From NCBI GenBank assembly GCA_000165345.1, contig CM000436.1, positions 256,001-320,000 of the forward strand: DNA of 64,000 nucleotides, given 5' to 3'. A program made the position numbers and the translations under genes. The notes beneath the pieces are model-generated. The model ran no database searches. It was not told the origin of the DNA and saw only the letters and a program-made list of their open reading frames with translations. Position 1 is the stretch's first letter. The number at the start of each line of letters is the position of its first letter. Below are positions 57,919 to 64,000 of the stretch, piece by piece.

Positions 57919-60399
57919 TTAGAGTTTCTCAGCTGCAACTTTCTTCATACCATTGAATGATTCAGCTAAAATATCTTCAAGTTCTCCATAAAATTCTTTG
58001 TAAAGGCCAAATAAAGCGGATTGTTGTCTATAAGCAGTATTAAGGTCATAGTATTCTGAACTTAATCTTGAAAGTTCGTCTCTAAGTTTAGTAAGTTCTG
58101 CAGATTTATTCTCAATATCTTGTTTTTCTTTAATAGCTTTATGCTTAGAAGGAATATAATTAGATTTTATAGCTTGATCTAGTTGTGAAATCCTCTTGTT
58201 TGCATCTTCTAGATCTCTTCTGATACTGGTAATAATATTTGTTGAAATTGATTCAAAATCTGAACAAGTTGAACTTTTTGAAATAATTGAAAGAGTATCT
58301 AAAGATGCATTACTTGGACTTCTATGAGGAAGACTTTGTTTACAGAGTTTAGCTCTATTAAATCCACAACTTTCAAGCTGAGAAGTTGCAGGATTACAAT
58401 TTGCTGAATTGATTATTTCTACCATTCTTTTAACAAATCCTTTATTACTTAAGGAATTAAAATCTGTATTACATTTTGGACTGTTTAAAGATGAAAGATT
58501 ACATGGTATTTCTGGTTTTCCAAGACTGAAATGGCATGCTGGGAGATCAACAACTGATGTATTTCCTGAATATTCTGCTCTATAGTCAAGTATATCACTA
58601 TATTCAAGTTCCTTCTTTTCAAATAAATTACAGTCTTTTGGATTTGGTGCAACTTTACAAGGTGAATTAAACAGTGAACCAAAATCAGTCACTGGATTGT
58701 AATAACTAGATTTTGTTGATCCTTGAATTGAATTCTTTTCTGAAGGGGTATTGAATATATCATCTTCAATTAAAAGCTCTTCTTTTGGTAGTTCAAAACT
58801 CTTTTTAGATGTAATCTTAACGTTACTAGAACTCTTTTTACCAAATGATAACATTGACCCTAATTTTGAAAAGAAACCTGATGATTTTGATCCTTTTCTA
58901 AGTGATGAAGATCTTCTACTTAAAGAATTTACATCATTCAATTGATCTTCACTTTCTTCAAGAATATGTGGGAGCTCATTAAGATAATTAAAAGATCTAC
59001 TGGAATTTATTGAAAATTGTTTATTTAGTGAATTAATTCTGCTTAAATTAATAGAAGATCCTGATTCACTTCTTTGTATAGATTTTGACCTGATAGAAAG
59101 TTGTTTTGCTAGATCATCTTCATCTTTTGGTAGATATGGCTTTTTCTCAGATTCTGGATTCATTGAAACAAGAACTGGTGGATTTGAAACTCCTTTTCTC
59201 CAATCATCAGAAGTACATGATGGTATACCTGCAAAACAATCAGGGAATAAATCTTCAGAGTATGAATGTTGTTTTCTAGGTAAACAAATACTAACAACAT
59301 CAATAGAATCGGTGTTAACAGCTTTAAATAAGCGAATTACTTCGGATTTTGATACATCTAAACATCTTGTTGGTAAAAAGCAGACTCCTCTTTGTGGTTT
59401 AGTTGTTCTAACTTCTTCCATTAAAGTTAAAGAATCTTCTTCATTATCAAATTTAAAGACTCTGAAATTTCCATCACCTTTACCAAAAACAGTTAATAAT
59501 TTAAAGTTATCATCAAAATTTGGATATAAAGTACTTGACATTATATCTAATTGTATATCAATAATTGGTGATTCTATATTACGTATATCCCAAAGTTTTA
59601 CTGATCTAGATCCTGCTTTAGTAAATCCTGTGGTTACAAATTTATTTTGTATAGTACCAAAGCCACCCATCCAAGTACATTTACCAATACGGGTACCTTC
59701 ATGTGCTAAGAAATTTAATGCTGTCGTTTGTTCTCTAGGATCTACAATTCTAACTAATCTATCTTTATTAGTAGTAGCTAAGATATTACCAAAATAGTTC
59801 CATTTAATATCATAGCAAAGATTCTTGTTTTCTTGATAAGAGAAGATTTTTAAAGATCTTTCAAGATCCCAAATAGCTATTTCTCCATCGCTAGATGTTG
59901 AAGATAAGATATTATTAGCATTTCTATTAAACTCAATCAAAGTTACTCTCTTTTCATGGCCATGTAAACTTGCTATAGGTGAAGCTATTTTTTCAATAAA
60001 TTCTCCTCTTTTTATATTTTGAGAATCATTCATATCACTTTCCAAAACATCAAAGAATTCTCCATTATTTGGTAATTTCCATGTTTTGATACTTCTATCA
60101 TCAGAACTGGTTGCCAAAAAGTTATTATAAAATGGAGAGAATTTCATATCGGTGATTCCTGCTGAGTGACCAGAAACCATCATTATTGGAGGTTTTCTAA
60201 TACCTATTGAATCCATTGATATAATGCTTGCAGACCCTCCTCCTCCATCATTTGCAAAAGCTATGAACTTGGATGAACATGTTAATCCTGGTCCTTCATT
60301 TAGTCTAGTACCTATTCTTAGATCAGTATAGTTTTCCTTGAGTATTTTACTTGACAGGGTTTTGAAGCTATTAACTCCTGATTGCATTCTAAGTGTCAT
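57919..60399 (-). CDS. CORO: coronin (WD40 beta-propeller actin-binding protein) with long C-terminal extension and coiled-coil tail, 826 aa
   Basis: KFIAFANDGGGGSASIISMDSIGIRKPPIMMVSGHSAGITDMKFSPFYNNFLATSSDDRSIKTWKLP...LHGHEKRVTLIEFN...GKCTWMGGFG...TTGFTKAGSRSVKLWD...TVFGKGDGNFRVFKFD is colinear with the coronin-1 propeller ([68 protein letters not shown]...). The C-terminal ~60 residues (LTKLRDELSRLSSEYYDLNTAY...) look like a coiled coil. Confidence 0.9.
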   Translation of the reverse strand: MTLRMQSGVNSFKTLSSKILKENYTDLRIGTRLNEGPGLTCSSKFIAFANDGGGGSASIISMDSIGIRKPPIMMVSGHSAGITDMKFSPFYNNFLATSSDDRSIKTWKLPNNGEFFDVLESDMNDSQNIKRGEFIEKIASPIASLHGHEKRVTLIEFNRNANNILSSTSSDGEIAIWDLERSLKIFSYQENKNLCYDIKWNYFGNILATTNKDRLVRIVDPREQTTALNFLAHEGTRIGKCTWMGGFGTIQNKFVTTGFTKAGSRSVKLWDIRNIESPIIDIQLDIMSSTLYPNFDDNFKLLTVFGKGDGNFRVFKFDNEEDSLTLMEEVRTTKPQRGVCFLPTRCLDVSKSEVIRLFKAVNTDSIDVVSICLPRKQHSYSEDLFPDCFAGIPSCTSDDWRKGVSNPPVLVSMNPESEKKPYLPKDEDDLAKQLSIRSKSIQRSESGSSINLSRINSLNKQFSINSSRSFNYLNELPHILEESEDQLNDVNSLSRRSSSLRKGSKSSGFFSKLGSMLSFGKKSSSNVKITSKKSFELPKEELLIEDDIFNTPSEKNSIQGSTKSSYYNPVTDFGSLFNSPCKVAPNPKDCNLFEKKELEYSDILDYRAEYSGNTSVVDLPACHFSLGKPEIPCNLSSLNSPKCNTDFNSLSNKGFVKRMVEIINSANCNPATSQLESCGFNRAKLCKQSLPHRSPSNASLDTLSIISKSSTCSDFESISTNIITSIRRDLEDANKRISQLDQAIKSNYIPSKHKAIKEKQDIENKSAELTKLRDELSRLSSEYYDLNTAYRQQSALFGLYKEFYGELEDILAESFNGMKKVAAEKL

Positions 60400-60523
60400 C
60401 TTTAATAGAATTTTGTTTTATTTAACGCTTCTTATTAAGAATTTCTATTATTAGCAATTTATTTGCTTTACTCATTCATTTCTATGTGTATGTTTATTTA
60501 TATATATTATATATATTATATAT

Positions 60524-60571
<48 letters not shown>

Positions 60572-60784
60572 GTATATGTATTAGTTTTTAATGCTTTCAC
60601 TGAATATATTTATCAATAAACACTCTTTTCTTTGATACAATTGACTCACTACTTTTCTTACCTTTCAATGTTCTTATTTTTCTCTTTTAAAATCTTAAGT
60701 ATTATTATTATTTTTTTTTTTTGCCTTTACCCTTTTTTCTTGTATGATCACTCCCTGACACCTGGTATCTTATGATCATGCACT

Positions 60785-60826
60785 TCCCGCCAAAATGCGT
60801 ATGCATGCAGAAAATCTGGCGCCAAT
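60785..60826. promoter_or_regulatory. motif cluster TTCCCGCCAAAA / TGCATGCA / TGGCGCCAAT upstream of coronin (-)
   Basis: Direct read. Three distinct known motif classes within 42 bp. Confidence 0.65.
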
Positions 60827-61197
60827 ACTGTACAAATTAATAATAAAATTATTATTAAAAATGTTTAATTTAATTAATCAAATCAAATCATTTTAAAATT
60901 AAGAAAAAACAAAAAAAAAGAAAATATAAAAATTTTCTTTATTATGCTTTGCTCCATTTTTCCTGTTTGAATCACAAATCTTTTTTTTTCAAAGAAAGTA
61001 AATTATTCATATAATTTTGTAGATAAAGCGCGCAAAACATGAGAGTAGTTTACATATAAAATGTAGGAAAGATGAATACTTGATGTTGAGTGGAAAAGAA
61101 GGGAGGATGGTAAAAAAAAAAAGTTGTAGAATAAAAAGCTTAAGTAAGTGATTATTTCTCCTTTTTTTTTAGAAAAAAAAAGAAATAACTATTTGAA

Positions 61198-61904
61198 TTA
61201 ATTATAGTTAGTTTCAATAGATAATGATTCATTTAAAGAGTAATCAGAAAGATCATCAATAATATCGTCTAACTCATATAAATACCTTTCTTTTTTATTT
61301 TTCCATTTTTCTTTAAGTTCATTTAGAACTAATTTCTTTTTATTATTTATTATATTTCTTTTATCTATTGTAGTATTATTTAAAGAAGAATTCAAAGTTT
61401 CTTCTGAAATAGTTGATTCTATACTATTTTCAGCATGTAATGTTTCTTCTGATTTAGTTAAAGTTTCTTCCAATTGTTCATTTCCTGCTTTAACATGCAT
61501 TTCCATCCTTGTATATTGTAATAATCCACATGTTCTACATCTGCAAATACTAGTATCTAAAAATTTACAAATATTAAAGTTGAAAATTTTAATCTAGCTT
61601 AGAAAGTTCTTGGAATTAATCTCATTTCAAGACTTTCCCGCCATTTCTAAATTACTCTTACCTTTTGGTACTATGGTATATGCAATACATCTAGGACATA
61701 ATACTTTTATGCATTGAAAGGCTTTACCAAAATATGGATATCCAACAAAATTAATGCATTGACAGAAATAACATTTAATAAAAATACCCACTAATTATTT
61801 ATATATAGTTATAGGTTTTATAATAATTCTTATTTTTTTTTTTTTAACTTACTAACATATTCATTCTTAGTATTACATTCAGAGCAAACCACTACATTAA
61901 CCAT
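61198..61904 (-). CDS. Cys-rich zinc-ribbon protein (four CxxC-type pairs) with acidic/Ser-rich tail, 3 exons, ~179 aa
   Basis: Minus-strand exons 61853..61904 (MVNVVVCSECNTKNEYV), 61662..61790 (MGIFIKCYFCQCINFVGYPYFGKAFQCIKVLCPRCIAYTIVPK), 61198..61556 (DTSICRCRTCGLLQYTRMEMHVKAGNEQ...). Donors GTAAGT and GTAAGA; acceptors AATTAG and TTTTTAG; phases 1/1. The alternative GTTAGT donor after TAT would put a stop in exon 2, which supports the model given. The ORF track shows only the 3' exon (61198..61506). Confidence 0.55.
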
Positions 61905-62089
61905 GGTTTCCCCTCCATTTGTTTTATTTTTTTCATAGAATACTCCTATTTTAATTAATTTATTCTTCTCTAAAAACTCTAATCTCTCTTTTATTTGTTT
62001 TAATTTCCTTTTTTTTCTTTCCTTTAATTTTTTTTATTTTTAATTTTATATTATATCCATAAATTATTATCTTTATTGCAAATTCAGAT

Positions 62090-62144
62090 TTTCCCGCCAT
62101 TTGTGAGGTATCTAAAATTTGCATTTCCACGCTTTGGCGCCAAT
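62090..62144. promoter_or_regulatory. TTTTCCCGCCATTT and TTTGGCGCCAAT boxes in the divergent promoter between the zinc-ribbon gene (-) and the 62410 gene (+)
   Basis: Direct read. Confidence 0.65.
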
Positions 62145-62409
62145 ATGAGGGGAAAATTATGGGTAACTGATTAAAAGAAATTGAATTGGAATTAAATTGG
62201 AGGAAAAAAAAGGAAAAAAAAAAAAAAGCAAAATTAAGAGAAGAAGAATTAGAAAGTTAAAGTTTGGAATTTGAGATCCATTTAAGGAGTAAATATTGAA
62301 GGAGGAAAATATAAACAAAAATAAATAAATAAAAATCCAACTATAAATTGATTCATATGTATAAAAAATAAGTGATCAATCACTTTAATTTTGGATTATA
62401 GTATTAATA

Positions 62410-64000
62410 ATGTTTGGGAAACCAAATAGTAAAGGAGTGGGGGGTAACAAATTAGTTATTGGTGCTAATGTGAGAAATAACAAAGATTTAGATATTCCAA
62501 TATCTTTTGGAAGATCTTCTAAGGACTATATAATAGAAAAAAAGAAAGAAAAAGAAAAGAGGATTTATGAAAGAATTAAAGGAAATAAAATGAAAATTAT
62601 ATCTTATTATGTATTACAATACAATTCATATAAACTTAAAAAAAGAGAATTTTGTAATGATTTGATTCATTTAATATCACAAAATCATAAAGACATAAAC
62701 AAATTGATTCAAATCTTTAGATTCACTCTAAAAATTAGTTCTAATGGTATTGAACAAGATATTGAAAGATTTAATATGATTATTGAGAATATTCATACAA
62801 ATTTTGAGAAAGTTTCTATTGAAATATCATTCAGTAATCTTTTATTTCTCTTTAGAAATTGTCTAATATTAATATTTCTTAATGATCAAAATAAAATTCA
62901 TAATATTAATAAAAATTTGGTAAAAAATCTTGCTGATCAAATATTTTACTCATTTTTTTCAAGATCTAATTTTCAAGATCAAAAGGTACCGAATATGCAA
63001 ATTAATAAGAAAAATTTTATTAACATGATTTTTAATTTTTTAATGATTGATTTATTTTTTATTAGATATTTTGAATTAAAAATCTTAAATAAAGAACTTG
63101 AAAATGAAATTATTATTGATATATTTAATGAAGTTTTTCAACTTTGTATATCCAAATTATCCAGCAAAGATAAATTGAATTTTTATTATATGGGTAAAGA
63201 TTTAATAGATTTTCCTAAAAGTGATCACTTTCTATTAGAAAAATCTAAAAAATTGAGTAAATACAATAATTCTCAAATGGAAATATTTTTTAAAAATAGA
63301 TATTTTTGGATTATATCTTGTTTATTTACTATTTTATTTAAAACTAACAATATTATTACAAAAGTTAAAACTCAAGAATTATTTCAAACTTATTTAGAAC
63401 TTTTGGATTTGGATTCTTTTCAAAATTGGATCATGAATGAAAATCAATATTCTATTAGAGTTATTAAAAGTCCATTTCAACAAATTCCTCCAAATTCACC
63501 CTTTTCTTTACTATTACTAAATTATTCTTTCTTTAATTATATTCAAGTTAATAAGAATTATTGTAAATTATCCAAAGTTATCAAACTTAATGAATTAAAG
63601 AAAATGAAAGAAACTGATCAAAAAGAATTTGTAAATACTATTGAAAATAATCTTTTGTCTATTTACTATATAATCAGTTCTTGGAATTTCTCACCAGATA
63701 CTTTAATTACTATAGACGAGACAATTTCTAACAAGAATTATACTAATAGAGATGAAATTATTCAAATGATTAGTTTTTTATTTCAAATAATTATACAAAA
63801 TAATAATACACAAATCAATTCAGATCAATCAAAATTTATCAAAGAAAAATTAAAGATTATGTATTTGATTCGTTTATATACTTTATTTTTAGATTTTCAA
63901 GGGAAATTCTTACTATTAAGTACTTATATAAAAAATACAGATATTATTAAAGATCAAAATATATTTTTTGGAATAAATAATCAACAATTAAATGAAAATC
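62410..64000 (+). CDS. hypothetical protein, 5' part only (ORF open to the window edge, >530 aa)
   Basis: ATG at 62410 (MFGKPNSKGVGGNKLVIGANVRNNKDLDIPISFGRSSKDYII...). No in-frame stop through 64000. Absent from the ORF track, presumably because it runs off the window. Preceded by a TTTCCCGCC / TTTGGCGCCAAT box pair at 62090-62144. Confidence 0.55.
   Translation, partial: MFGKPNSKGVGGNKLVIGANVRNNKDLDIPISFGRSSKDYIIEKKKEKEKRIYERIKGNKMKIISYYVLQYNSYKLKKREFCNDLIHLISQNHKDINKLIQIFRFTLKISSNGIEQDIERFNMIIENIHTNFEKVSIEISFSNLLFLFRNCLILIFLNDQNKIHNINKNLVKNLADQIFYSFFSRSNFQDQKVPNMQINKKNFINMIFNFLMIDLFFIRYFELKILNKELENEIIIDIFNEVFQLCISKLSSKDKLNFYYMGKDLIDFPKSDHFLLEKSKKLSKYNNSQMEIFFKNRYFWIISCLFTILFKTNNIITKVKTQELFQTYLELLDLDSFQNWIMNENQYSIRVIKSPFQQIPPNSPFSLLLLNYSFFNYIQVNKNYCKLSKVIKLNELKKMKETDQKEFVNTIENNLLSIYYIISSWNFSPDTLITIDETISNKNYTNRDEIIQMISFLFQIIIQNNNTQINSDQSKFIKEKLKIMYLIRLYTLFLDFQGKFLLLSTYIKNTDIIKDQNIFFGINNQQLNEN

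Overview
This is AT-rich (~70% AT) eukaryotic nuclear DNA, not prokaryotic. Genes are tightly packed on both strands with short intergenic spacers. Introns are short and nearly all begin GTAAGT. Long trinucleotide tracts encode poly-Thr and poly-His. Almost every intergenic spacer carries GGCGCC-core E2F-like palindromes (TTTGGCGCCAAA, GGCGGGAAA/TTTCCCGCC) together with TGCATGCA boxes. These are the upstream motif families established for Cryptosporidium, so I interpret the window as ~64 kb of a Cryptosporidium-like apicomplexan chromosome.

I can support about 27 protein-coding genes; no tRNA or rRNA genes, CRISPR arrays or transposons were seen. Recognisable products, in window order:
- RBX1
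- AP-4 mu
- a multi-pass membrane protein
- a chorein-N (VPS13/BLTP-type) lipid-transfer protein
- a myosin essential light chain
- a very large protein of unknown function
- a Rad21/Rec8 kleisin
- glycyl-tRNA synthetase
- Rab4
- NAF1
- a divergent actin-related protein
- a Sec1/Munc18 protein
- NOL6/Nrap (UTP22)
- the KDEL receptor
- a Pam16/Tim16-like J-like protein
- an HBS1-like GTPase
- a Sec14/CRAL-TRIO protein
- a tentative roadblock/LC7-like small gene
- CTP:phosphocholine cytidylyltransferase
- a GPI-type Thr-rich mucin with a His tract
- an amino-acid transporter
- coronin
- a CxxC-rich zinc-ribbon protein
- several low-complexity hypotheticals

The main result of the hunt is that at least 10 genes are spliced, and the six-frame ORF track either misses them or splits them. 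Splicing merges the 1303-aa and 389-aa ORFs plus five further exons into one gene of about 1940 aa. Four-exon models emerge for a kleisin, a myosin ELC and a Pam16-like gene. A micro-exon supplies the start codon of CCT. A zinc-ribbon gene carries an E2F-like box inside an intron.

The ORF track also uses non-ATG (TTG/GTG) starts, so several start codons were moved to the first ATG. Coordinates of small exons were counted by hand and may be off by 1-2 nt.
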